From Chiloscyllium plagiosum (lineage: Eukaryota), in the NCBI RefSeq assembly GCF_004010195.1, contig NC_057719.1, positions 79,221,678 to 79,285,677 of the forward strand: a DNA stretch of 64,000 nt, written 5' to 3'. Below the pieces are notes generated by a model. The model was not told where the DNA came from. It saw only the letters and a program-made list of their open reading frames with translations, and searched no databases. Made by a program: the position numbers and the translations under genes. This document shows positions 26,571 through 39,070 of the stretch, piece by piece. Position 1 is the first letter of the stretch, and each line of letters begins with the position of its first letter.

Positions 26571-28338
26571 CTTTGAGAAGATTTGTAGCTCAGGTTGTGG
26601 TGCTGGATGTAAGTTTGCTCGCTGAGCTGGAAGGTTTATTTTCAGACATTTCATCACCATACTAGGTAACATTAGCCACCGGTGAAGCACTTTTGGTGTG
26701 ACCTGCTTTTTATTTGTGTGTTTAGGTTACCTTGGGTTGGTGATGTCATTTCATGTTCTTTTTCCTCGGGGTGGTAGATGGGGTCTAACTCAATGTGTTT
26801 GTTGATAGAGTTCCAGTTGGAATGCCTGCTTCGAGGAATTCTCATGCATATCTCTGTTTGTTTGTCCTAGGGTAGATGTGTTGTCCCAGTTGAAGTGGTG
26901 TCCTTCCTTATCTGTATGTAAGGATACTAGTGAGAGTGGGTCATGTCTTTTTGTGGCTAGTTGATGTTCATGTATCCTGGTGGCTAGTTGGCCTGTTTGT
27001 CCAATGTAGTGTTTGTTACAGTCCTATTCACATCCTTCAACATTAACCTGGCCAAAGAAACACTGACCACACTATTAGAAAAACCAAAGACACATACACC
27101 AAACACCACCAACTTCATCAGCAAGGAAGTATTGTCAAGCTAGTGGACCTATGCCTTACCACCCACTTCACCTTCAACAACCAAACCTACAGACAAACCA
27201 ACGGAACACCCACAGGATCTCCAATATCAGAGTTCTTAGCAGAGGCAGTAATGCAGAGACTCAAACAAACAACTCTGCCAAACATCCAACCCAAACTCTG
27301 GGTCTACTACGTGGATGACACCTTTGTCATCACTAAACAAAACAGATTAGAGGAAACCTTCAAGATCATCAATAACACCCTTACTGGCATAACATTCACT
27401 AAAGAGGAGGAAAGCAGCAACAAACTGCCATTCCTGGATGTCGTAGTAGAGAGAACAGCCAATGGGGAACTTCAAACCAGCGTCTACAGGAAAACAACAC
27501 ATCCATACCAAATACTGAACTACAGAAGCAATCATCCCAACATCCACAAACAAAGCTGCATTACAACGTTGTTTCAATGAGCCACCACACACTGCAGCAC
27601 AGAGGAACTACGCAGAGCAGGGGAAAATCACCTAAACAGTGTATTCAGAAAGAACGAGTACCGATTGAATACAGTCCAATGCATTCTCAGCAACAAACCC
27701 AAGCAAGCAGACAAAAGATGTCTAGAAACCCTAGCTACTCTCCCCTACATCAAAGACAACTCTGAAATGAGTGCCAGACTACTCTGGCCTCTTGGCATCA
27801 TGGTAGTCCACAAAGCCATCAAAACACTAAAACAGCAGCTAATGAACCTGAAAGACGCTATAGAGACAACAAGCAAAGCTAAAGTCATTTACAAAATACC
27901 TTGCAAGAACTGTAACAAACACTAAATTGAACAGACAGGCAGAAAACTAGCCACCAGGCTACATGAACATCAACTAGCCGCATAAAGACAAGACCCTCTC
28001 TCACTAGTATCCTTACGTACAGATGAGGAAGGACACGACTTCAACTGGGACAGCACATCCATCCTAGGACAAGCCAAACAGACATGCGTGAGAATTCCTG
28101 GAAGCATTCCAACCAGAATTCTATCAATAAACACATTGACGTGGATCCCATTTACCACACCCCTGAGGAAAAAAAAACAGAAAATGATGTCACCAACCCA
28201 AAGAAATCTAAACACATAAATAAAAAGTGAGCCATATCACCAGTGCTTCACCAGAGGCTAACTGATGATGTTACCTAGTATATGGTGACGAAGCATCTGA
28301 AAACAAAATTTCAGCTCAGCAAGCAAACTGGCATCCAT
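26571..28338 (+). mobile_element. Penelope-like element: inverted 3' copy (26571-27024) followed by 5'-truncated RT + GIY-YIG ORF (27024-about 28150, stops and frameshifts) and pLTR with a mutated hammerhead (28262-28297)
   Basis: GTPTGSPIS, YVDDTF, LPFLDV, VYRKTTH, VIYKIPCKNCNKH*IEQTGRKL. Confidence 0.95.
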
Positions 28339-29469
28339 TATGTGTACTTGTATGTTTAAATGTGTGTATACATAATTGTTGTTGCTGGGTTTATAGAAAG
28401 CAATATGTAACTGATGTTGCTGTTCCTCATTTTTGAGGTTTTTACTCATTAGGTGAGCAGGGCTCAAACTCGGTTGTGATCTTTTGATTTCACCCCCATT
28501 CTCTCTGGTACTCCACTTGGCTTCTAACCCCATTGGTCGGCAGCTGGCTGACCATGAGCTGCATCCAGAATTACAGCAAGTTGAGGAAGAGATTGCAGCT
28601 GTTTCTGAACTGGGAATGGTTCCCAAAATGAGGAAGGACACAAAGCCAACACTGCATCATAGCATTCCAAACCCCACTTACAAGCGACTGCTTTTGAAGT
28701 TCACTCATGATTGCAAAGCCACAGAGCAGCTAATTTGCACACAGTAGGGTTCCATAACAGATGAGTTTGTTTTGATTGATGTCTGAGGAATCACTTCTGG
28801 CCAGGATCCTGGGAAGAGTTTACCTATTTTTTTAAAATAGCAATTTGTGTTCACAAAGCTATCCAGGTTTAAATGGTCAGGTAGAAGATAGCCCTTCTGA
28901 CAATACAATACTCCCACATCACTGCACGATTGAAAGATTAACACTTTCCAAGGGTGAAAATGGCACTAACTTACCAACTCGCAGTACTCGTTACTAGCTA
29001 GGGAATTCTGAGAGTCTTGTAGATCTCCCATCATAAAGTTTGAAGTTCTGAAGAAGTGTGATAACGGTCTTGAAATTATTTCACTGTTTATTTGAAGGGC
29101 AATTGCACTCTGTGCTTCTGGAAGTGGAAGCTTAAATTTGCAGTTATTTCTGCAGATACCATGGGTTAAAGGTTAACAGTAAGAATGTACAGATCACAGC
29201 GGGTCCATGATTTAATTTGTTTTGGCAAAAAATAGCTCTTGTAAATTCAACAAAAAAAATCTTGCATTTGTATAGCATCTTTAACACACAAACTGTCCCA
29301 AGGCACTTCACAGCAGTATTGTCAAATAACGTTTGCTGCAAAGTCAAATGTGACAATATCAGGCTGGTAACCAAAAGCATGGCTCAAGGGGTCAGTTTTA
29401 AGAAGCAATGTAATGGAGAAGAGGAACCATGGGAAGTTCGAGGAGGGAATTCCAGAGCTTAGCATTTTC

Positions 29470-29850
29470 TTTAATGCTTCATGGGATGTGGACGTTGGCT
29501 AGGCTTGTGAATATTACTCATACCTAATTTCTCTGGAGAAAGTGATGGTGGCAAGCTGCTTTCTTGATTCTCTGCAGTCCTCTGTAGGTACAGTTGTACT
29601 GCTGTCAGGAAGTGAGCTCCACAATTTTACACCAGTGAACTGAAGGAATGACAATATAGTTCCAAGTCTCAATGGTTTGTGGTTTAATAGGGATCTCATG
29701 GGTGGTGGTGTTCCCATGTATCTGCAGCCCTTGATCTTTCTGGTGGTGGCAGTCATGGGATTGGAAAGTGCTATTGAAAATGCATTTTATTGATGGTACA
29801 TATTGTTACCACAGTCTGTCAGTGGTAGAGGGTGTGAATATTCACTGGGA
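29470..29850 (-). mobile_element. 3' end of a LINE family also seen at about 16510-16740 (+), 48010-48330 and 49860-52400 flanks
   Basis: Shared tail ttcatgggatgtggacgt..ggctaggc.. Confidence 0.55.
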
Positions 29851-29959
29851 CGTCCAGGTCTTATTTCACTTCCCTCCTTTCCTAACTAGTGCTATTCAGA
29901 TATTTCTTTTCTGCTTTTGCTAAAAAGTAGTTAGCCTTAAATTTGTCCACATGATCGAG

Positions 29960-30680
29960 CGTGTATTGCTGGAAAAACTCAGCATGTCAGGTAGTATCCA
30001 GGGAGCAGGAGAATCAACGTTTTGGGCATAAGCCCTTCATCAGGAATGAGGCTTGTGGACTGGGGGTGCTGAGAAATAAATGGGAGGGAGGATGGGTAGG
30101 GCTAGGGGCAAGATGGCTGGGAATATGATAGGTAGATGAAGGTGGCGGGGGGGAAGGTGATAGTTTGGAGAGGAAGGTGGAGTAGGTAGATGGGAAATGT
30201 GATGGACAGGTGAAGGGGGCAATGCAGAGCTAGAGGCTTGGGACTGGGATAAGGTGGAGGAGGAGAAATGAGGAAACTGGTGAAATCCACATTTATCTCG
30301 TGTGGTTGCATGGTCCCAAGATGGAAGATGAGGCATTCTTCCTCCAGGTGTGGGTGGTTAGGGTTTGGCGATGGATGAGGCTCAGGACCTGCATGGTCTT
30401 GGTGGAGTGGGAGGGGGTGTTGGTGTTTGGCCTTGGCGCAGTGAAGTTGGTGGGTGCGGGTGTCCCTGAGACGTCTTCTGAAATGATCTGCAAGTTGGCG
30501 TCCTGTCTCCCCGATGTATAGGAGATCACATTGGATGCAACGGATACAGTAGGTGATGTGTGAGGAAGTACAAGTAAATTTCTGTCCGATGTGGAACGAT
30601 CCTTTAGGGCCTTAGATGGAGGTGAGGGGGGGAGGTGTGGGCGCAGATTTGGTGAGGGGGGAGGTGTGGGCGCAAACCTG
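29960..30680 (-). mobile_element. Penelope fragment (GIY-YIG end + family B pLTR, hammerhead mutated at 30016-30043)
   Basis: Minus strand YCIRCIQCDLLYIGETGR; short direct duplication at 30621 and 30650. Confidence 0.8.
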
Positions 30681-33600
30681 CCAATGTAAGAAGTGCAATT
30701 AGAAATGCTACGGATATATTTTGCTCCCCACCTCTATCTGCGACTCCTTTGTCAGATAAACACCCCCTTTCAGCCCATACCAGGCAACTTCCCCTGACAA
30801 GTGCAATTTAAAAACTTTCCCCTATTTATCCACATGTTACTCTGTGCATTTGCCCACTCACTCAACTTGTCCGTATCAAACACATACACAAGTGATTCTT
30901 CACTCTCCAATTCCCTCTGTGTCACCAGAGAAGCTCTCTTTTTAAATCTGCCTTTATACCCACCCTAATTGTGGGTACAGTTAGTTATAGTGCCTGTAAG
31001 CCACTTTGATAATGACTTCTTGTCTTTATCATTTCTCATTTCTACCTAACCATTTCCAATCTTAGTTTCCTGAACCTAAGTAATCCCTCTTTATTGAGTG
31101 AGTTTCATTACTAACTAATAGACCCATCCTTGCACCATTTTTTAGTCGCCTGTCATTCCCAAATGTTTTCGAGATTCAGGTCAGAATCCATGTCATCCTG
31201 CAGACATATCCCTACAAAAATGGCCAAATTATACTTCTATTTATTTGCACGCTTAGTTCATCTGTTTTGTTTTAAATGTTGCGTGCATTCAGATACAGAG
31301 CCTTTAGTGTTACCCTTATTCACTTCACAGATTCTAATCTTATCTGTTGACTATTGGATTCATATTATTTATCCCTCTACATCATAGTCTGTTTATAATT
31401 TTTCATATCAATATAACTGTCTTTGACCATGACTCTTTGATTTTGCATGTCTTCCCAATTTTGAAATTTTGTCTTTTTTTTTGGTTCAGTTTAAAATCCT
31501 CTCTCTAGTTATGTGGTAGGCAGGAACATTGATCCAAATATTGTTCAGGTGGAGACAGACCCTACTTTCTCCAGGACGGGTGCAAGTGCCTCACAAACTG
31601 GAATCCTCTACCCCCACACCAGTCTGAGCCATACTTTCCTCCTTCTCATCTGATTTGCCCGATGGCAATTTGCAAGTGGCTCTGATTATGATCCTGAAAT
31701 GTTGGCCTTTGAAGTTCCGTTTCTTAATTTGGAACCCAAATTCTCTCCAGCTTGGTGGTTCTCGCTGTTTGGTATATTTTACTAATTTGTCTTCTAGTTT
31801 GTTCATGGCGTCTAAGGCATTTCAATCACACATGGGCTTTTGCTCCTGATGGTAATCCTGGTGTTCTTGTCCTTGTTAAAGCAAGTGCACTAACTTGTTG
31901 TGTATCACCTTCTGGACTGCTGTTGTTCAATTCGCTACCAGTCCCCACTCCCTCCCCCACCCCCACCCTTTCATCTTTGTACTTCATGTTTCCTAACCAT
32001 CGGCCTAACCTCCTTCCACTTGTCCTGTACATTAATCCAGCACTTAAATACTTTCTCGTGGCCTTCCCTTCTCTACTCATGATCGCATTTCATTGTAAAA
32101 ACAGATCTTTTTATTTTTATTTTGTATTTTTCATTCTGGACTGAAATGGGAAAAGGACTGTTTTAAAAGCCTTGGATTGTTGAGGATGACAATGCTTTTT
32201 AAAGGCAAGTTTCCTGAAACTCATTGTAAATGCTGTTTGCACAGCTGTTGTTCAAGCAGGAGGATAAGTCTCATTAAAAATGAGCTGGAGCCAGGGGACA
32301 CTGTCTGAATGGAGCAACATTTAGCAACAAGTTATGTATTGGCTTGTGGTATGATGATTATTTATAATTGATAAAGGCTTTCTGCCTGCAAAAAGCTTTG
32401 TGATTGGCTTCTGCGTAGCTGAACTGCTTGAGGGTATAAATATATGTAGGAAGAAGTTTTTGGAGCTCCAAATGAGGAGTTATCTGTTTTCTCTGCGGTG
32501 GGGTAAAAAAACCTGGACCCTGAGGAACGTCAGTTTATTTCCCTTCAGTGGTTGCAAGAAGTTGTGATTTCTTAGCCAGGAAGTCAGAAACTTCACAAAT
32601 ATGAAGCGGTTGCTCTGTGCCTCCTAACAAGCCAATGAAAGTATCTGGAGAAGGCAGATTAAGGAAGAGCACATCCTGACGAGCCAAAAGGATCTCCATG
32701 GATTCTGCAGGGGGAACCATTTGAACTATCATCATTGTCTTTCCCTCTTCCCACAACACCCTTTTTTTTGAGTGCGTGCATGTGTGTGAAGCTTAGAAGA
32801 GGATTAGAGTTTTAACTACTCAAGTTATATGCGGATGGTTCATAATTGTTTATCAGTAACTAGAGTTCCTTTAAGTTATGTCTGCCAATGCTTTTTGCTG
32901 CATCAGCTTCTGATTCTGGAGAGGTTATGTTCCATTGAAAGAATCATAGTGCCCTGATTGTGTCAGTTGCAAATTCAGGATTTGCAAATACAATAGGTTT
33001 GTAATTTTTCATGCCCAGTTTCAACTGTATTTCCTCATCAATGGTTTACCTACTAAAAAGGGGACTTCACTAGACACTGCAGCCACTTCAAAAAAATGAT
33101 TCTGGCTCTTTTACAAAACAATTTCAATGTGTTATCATTCTCAAATCTGAATCTGGTAGCACTCTGCAATTCCTTAACTGTGCTCCTTATTACTCTGAAA
33201 GTCGAGGAAGCATTTTAGCCAGTCTATTTCACGTACGTAACATTGGACATCTGCAGTAATTGAAAGACTGTGCTGTCAATACATTTATCAGAGGACTTAA
33301 ATTTATTGTATTAAATGCAATGCCCTCTCTTTGAACTGTTTCTCCATCTACTTCTTCCAAATCTACTATTCATTTTTAGTTTCAAATACTTTATAGGATT
33401 TGAGACAGTTCATGGCATAATGGTACTTTGAAATGCATGTGAAACATTGTCTACATTTTAAGCATTTCTGGGGTTTGTTCCCTTACTATAAATCACCAGT
33501 TCTCAAAAATATCAGTAATGTTTCTGTCCACTGCAGTTGCTCTTTCTAGTTTTGTTTGCAACCTGCATTTGGACAGTCTCGTCAACTTAACATTGTCTGT

Positions 33601-34664
33601 CATATTGCTTATTGACCCTTTTGTGCAATGAATGCTTCTTAAAAGGAATTCTTTTCTCCAGAATTATTTTAGTGCTTCCAATCGTTCTGCTAGCTGTGTA
33701 TGTTTATACACCAATTTAACACCTAACAAAGTAAGAAGTCTGCCTGTATTTGATGCTCTAACACAGTCCAATGGTTTGATTATTTGAATGCGGGACAGAT
33801 TGGGCACTTTTCAAATGAAACTCCTGCAGTCTTGCGTGCAACCTACTGAATTCCATTATGTTTGCTTCCACGGTACTACCCAAAGTTTTCTAAATGTGTC
33901 AAAATATGACTAGACATCGTAAGCAGTCAATAAATATTTCTTTTGATATGTTTAATCCATAAAAGTTAATAATTTGCCCAAACATTCATCTGTGATCAAA
34001 CCACCAAGCTCCAATTCGGGGGAAAAAAAAGTTGCTTCTTATCCCGCCTCTATATAGTGACCAAAGTGCTTAGACATGCCTCTCTGGTAAAGTAACCAAG
34101 GTCTACATACTCTTTCCTCCACTGGTTATAAGGCTCCTTTTAAGGTAACAGGAGTGGGTAATCATTGCCTATATGATATACTGGAAGATCTTTTTGTATA
34201 AGGAAAGTCCAAATCCACATTCTTACTGACAGCTTTATTTTAGTTAGCCTCACTCCATAAAACTCTCACCCCCATTGATTACTCCACATTATTCAATAAA
34301 TTCATCCATTGTTCCCTTGTTCTGTTAGGGTTCAGGCATTCCTTCAGACTATATTAGGGAATAACAATCTCATCTTCCATGCAGCTCAGACTTCTTGGAC
34401 AATTGCAGTATTGACGCTCCTGTGTTCTAGATCCTTTTACATTAATCGCTCACATTTGCAGTCTCTTGTTTGTGAAAACTGACCAAATAAGATAACCTAA
34501 CTCTCATAGTTGTGACTGCCTCCTGGTACAAAGAATCTAGGTCCCTTTCCCCTTCTGCAATGCACTGCAGTGCCTGTTGTTCTGCCTTCAGCTCATAGAA
34601 TAATAGAAACCCTACAGTGTGGAAGCAAGCCATTCAGCCCATTGAGTTCACACCAACCCTCAGA

Positions 34665-35720
34665 ATTGTGGAAAGTGAAGAAGGCTCTGAGTACAACGGG
34701 ACCTTGATCAGATGGGCCAATGGACCGAGGAGTAGCAGATGGAGTTTAATTTAGATAAATGCGAGGTTTTGCATTTATAAGGCAGGACTTAGACAATTAA
34801 TGCAGGGCCCTGGGGAGTGTTGCAGAATAGAGATTGGGGGAACAAGTGCATAGTTCCTTGAAAATGGTGTCACAGGCAGACAACGTGGCTAAGGCATTTG
34901 GCATGCTTGCTTTCATTGGTCAGAACTTTTGAGTATACGAGTTGGGACATCACATTGTGGCCACACAGGACATTGGTGAGGCCGGTTTTAGAATACTGTG
35001 TACAATTCTGGTCGCCCCTCTATAGGAAGGATGTTGTTAAACTTGAGAGGGCGCAGAAAAGATTAACAAGGATGTTGACAGGACTGGAGGATTTGAGTTA
35101 TAAAGAGAGGCTGAATAGGCTTGGGCTTTTTCCCTGCGGCGTTAAGTGCTGAGGGGTGACCTTTATAGAGGTTTATAAAATCATGATTTGAAGATGCTGG
35201 TGTTGGACTGGAGTGTACAAAGTTAAAAATCACACAACACCAGGTTATAGTCCAACAGGTTTAATTGGAAGCACACTAGCTTTCGGAGCTAATGAAGGAG
35301 CGTCGCTCCGAAAGCTAGTGTGCTTCCAATTAAACCTGTTGGCCTATAACCTGGTGTTGTGTGATTTTTAACTATGAAGGGTAGTGATAGGGTAAATAGA
35401 CAAGGTCTTATCCTCAGGGTGGGGGAGTCCAAAAGAAGAGGGCATAGGTTTAGGTGGGAGAGAAAAGATTTAAAAAGGACATAACGGGTAATGTTTTCAT
35501 GCAGGGGGTGGTATATGTATGGAAAGAGCTGCCAGAGGAAGTGGTGGAGGCTAGTATATTTACAACATTTTAGAAGGCATCTGGAAGGATATACAAACAG
35601 GAAGGTTGAGGGGGATATAGGCCAAACGGTGGCAAAAGGAACTAGGTCAGGTTGAGATGTCTGGTTGGCATAGACGAGGTGGATTGTAGGGTCTCTGTGT
35701 TGTATGACCTTATGACACTC
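34665..35720 (+). mobile_element. CR1/HER1-like LINE 3' part, interrupted at 35187-35373
   Basis: LVRPVLEYCVQFWSP..LERAQKRLTRM. Confidence 0.9.
35187..35373. mobile_element. Near-perfect palindrome from family C Penelope pLTR; ATGA TSD
   Basis: 69 bp arms 35221-35289 and 35305-35373 with one mismatch. Confidence 0.9.
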
Positions 35721-35724
35721 TAAT

Positions 35725-36611
35725 ATTTCCTAATTTCTTGATGTACTGACATGCAAAGTTTTTTGTGATGACTCGTGCATTACAACACCCAGATCCTTCT
35801 CTGTCATGGAGCTCTGCAACCTCTCTTATTGATAGTGTGTGTTTTAATTCTTTCAGCCAAAATGTCCAATTTCATTTTACTCACATTTCATTCTCTCTGC
35901 CAGGCTTTTGCCAGTCACTTAACCTAAAAATATATTTCTTGTAGCCTAAGTACAAGCTACTTACCTGCTATCCTTGTCATCAGCAAACTGGACAACCATA
36001 CTTTCCATCCTTCTTCCATTTCAAGTCTTTTAGAAAACAATGAAAGAACAGTTAGTTCCCAGAATTGACCACTGGTACACCATTCATTGCATCTTGCCAA
36101 GCTAAACTTAAAACAAAAACATTTCTTCCAAATCTCTGCTTCCTGATAGCCAGTGAGTCTTCTGTCCATACCGATATGCTGCTGCCTATACAATGACCAC
36201 AATAACCTTTGGTGTGGCAAATTATCAAATGTCACCTGAAACTGAAGTATAGTACACTCGCCCGTTCTTTATCCACAACATGTGTTACCTCCTCAAAGAT
36301 CTCCAACAGATTTTGTTTGTTTGTTTGTTTGTTTGATTTCCCTTTCACAATCCCATCTTGACTCTATCTGATTATCCAAGTGCACTGCTGCAACTTCTTT
36401 ATTCACAGCTTCTAATATTTACCACATGTGAGATGCTGAGCATATGGGTATCTAGTCTTCTTTTCGTGTTCCTGATTTTTTTGAATAAAGGGGGTACATT
36501 TGTTAGCTTCCAATTTAATATAATCTTCCCCTAATGAGTTTTGGGAAATTAAAGCCAATGCATCAGCTATCTAACTAGCTATTTTTTTAAGACCGAGGAT
36601 GAAGTCCATCA
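35725..36611 (-). mobile_element. Old CR1 RT fragment
   Basis: FDNLPHQRLL and DGLHP motifs on the minus strand. Confidence 0.75.
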
Positions 36612-36809
36612 AAAGAAGTGAACATTGATTTTCATATCAAAGAGGTAGTTAAGAAGAATGTTCTCCACCCTGCTTTATCATGTTTTAATTTGGCACAGAT
36701 TAAAGTGCACATCCTGATGGAGAAAGACTCTTATCACAGATTCCTCAAATCACAGTTCTACAGAGATTTGTTAACATTAGTCAGCCACAGTTCCAGAAAT
36801 GTACTTAAT
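36612..36809 (+). pseudogene. RGS-domain C-terminal fragment (R4 subfamily-like), probably processed: KEVNIDFHIKEVVKKNVLHPALSCFNLAQIKVHILMEKDSYHRFLKSQFYRDLL
   Basis: Clear RGS motifs (EVNID, F..AQ..V..LMEKDSY.RFLKS..Y); no splice acceptor, KE codons run directly into VNID. Confidence 0.85.
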
Positions 36810-38385
36810 ACAAATTCTCAGGTGATTGCTATTTTCTGGAGTCCCTCCCTTCCTTCCATTTTCCTGACTTCTAGCTGCTTCTGGGATCTGAATTCTTATC
36901 TCATTTCATAAAATCATGAGGGAGACATGGATAGGCTGAATAGTCCAGGTCTTTTTTCCCAGGATATGGGCGTCCAAAGCTAGGTTTAAGGTGAGAGGGG
37001 AGAGGTTTAGAAGGGACTTAAGGAATCTATTTTCATGAAGAGGGTGGTGTGTGCATGAAATGAGTTGTTAGCGGAAGAGGTATGGAGGCTGGTACAATTA
37101 CAACATTTAAAAGGTATCTGGATGGGTATGTGAATGGGAACGGTTTAGAGGAATATGAGCCAAGTGCTGGCAGGTGGGACTAGATTAATTTAGGATATCT
37201 GGTCAGCATAGATGAGTTGGACTGAAGAGTTTCTGTGCTGTACAATTCTGACATGTCCGGATTGGTTTATCCTACTTTCACTTTATAGGAAATATATCTT
37301 TTGCAGTGTTCAAACCACCTCTTTTTGAAAGTAGCCTTTTGTCAGCTACAGATTTTCCTACAAACTTTAACTCCAGATATTAACTGGCACTTCTCAGACG
37401 TGAAACATACTGAATGCAAGACATTTAATTCTGTTTCTCTCTACGCAGATGCAACCATCCATGTTGAGTTTCTCCAGCATTTTCTATGCTTGTTTTAGAT
37501 TTCCAGCATCCACAATACTTTGGTATTATTTCATTCTAGTCTATCCAACACAGCACTCTCATAGAATCCCTATAGTGTAGAAACAGGTCATTTGGCCCAA
37601 TAAGTTCACACTGACTCTCCAAAGTACATCCCATCCAGCCTCACCCCCATCATAATCCTGCATTTTCCATGGCTAATCCACCTAATCTGCACAGCCCTGA
37701 ACACTATGGGCAATTTAGCATTTCCAATCCACCTAACAGGCGCATCTTTGGTCTGTGGGAAGAAACCAGAGCATCCGGAGGAAACCCACACAAAAGCCGG
37801 GAGAACGTGCAAACTCCATACAGACGTTTACCTGAGGCTAGGATTGAACCTGGCTCCCTGGTGCAGTGAGGCAGTAACGCTAACCACTGAGCCACTGTTG
37901 TGCCTGTTGTTGCTCCATTTAAGTCAGCTCTCCCCCAGTTAATTGAGACTCTCGATTATCCTTTTAACCATCATCCTTATGAGACAATGATCACTGTCCT
38001 CTAAATGTTCCCCACTGATACTTGATCTGTTTCATCCATCACATTCTCAAAAACCAATTCTTCCAGTGCCACCTTTTCTTATTAGACCAGACACATTCTG
38101 CTCTAAGAACAAACTGATCTCAGTGGGCAAACACAAATTCTCAGGTGATTGCTATTTTCTTGAGCCCCTCCCTTTCTTCCATTTTCCTGACTTCTAGCTG
38201 CTTCTAGGATCTGAATTTTTATCTCATTTCATAAAATCATGAGGGGCATGGATAGGCTGAATAGTCAGGGTCTTTTTTTTTCTCGCCGGGATATGGGCGT
38301 CCAAAACTGGAGAGGTTTAAAAGGGACCTAAGGGCCAACATTTTCATGAAGAGGGTGGTGTGTGCATGGAATGAGTGGTCAGCGA
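36810..38385 (+). repeat. Local duplication, 36810-about 37070 and 38133-about 38385
   Basis: Both start acaaattctcaggtgattgctattttct and share the same junction into a CR1 3' fragment. Confidence 0.9.
37560..37900 (-). mobile_element. HE1-type SINE
   Basis: Head, V domain and tail. Confidence 0.9.
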
Positions 38386-38439
38386 AAGACTACAGGTTAG
38401 CAAGACCATTTTTTTTTTTTTAAAAAAGCACATCACACA

Positions 38440-39070
38440 CCAAACTTTATTTCTGGATGGTTATAATTCAAAAGTAGGGACGGTCTGCTTAACCTGCATT
38501 GAACGTTGTTAGACCTCACTACGCTCAGTGTAGTTAAAACTGTTACAGCACAGAAGAAGGCCATTCGATCCATTGTGACTGTATTGACCCTTTTAAAGAG
38601 CAAATCATGCACTGCCACCTTGGTTACCATGTTATAAGTAGTGTTTATGGCACTGAAGAGGGTGCAGAGAAAGCTTAGGGTAATACCAAGACCATGCAGG
38701 TATCAGGAAAAGATTGACAGGAAGGAGGAGGCTGAGGGGTAACTTAATTAACATCTTTCTAACGCTGACATGATCTGAAACAGAGAGAATGTTTCCTCTT
38801 GTGGGCAAGAGCATAACTAAAGCCCACCAATATAAGACAGTCACCAAGAAATCCATTCGGGAATTCAGAAGGAACCGCGTCATCCAGAGAGTGGTGGAAT
38901 ACTCCACCAAAGAGTGGTCAAACTGAAAGATCAGTTGTACTTGAGGGAAAGCCAGAGAACCATTTGGAGGAGGAGGGAGGAAGGGCAACCACAGTTGTTT
39001 TTGATAAGTAAGGATGGAAAGGAACTCTAAAGGAGCAGAACACTTTTTGCCAACTGGCCTATTTCTGTGT
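38440..39070 (+). mobile_element. Decayed CR1 3' fragment
   Basis: ttgttagacctca and aggctgaggggtaactta motifs. Confidence 0.6.
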
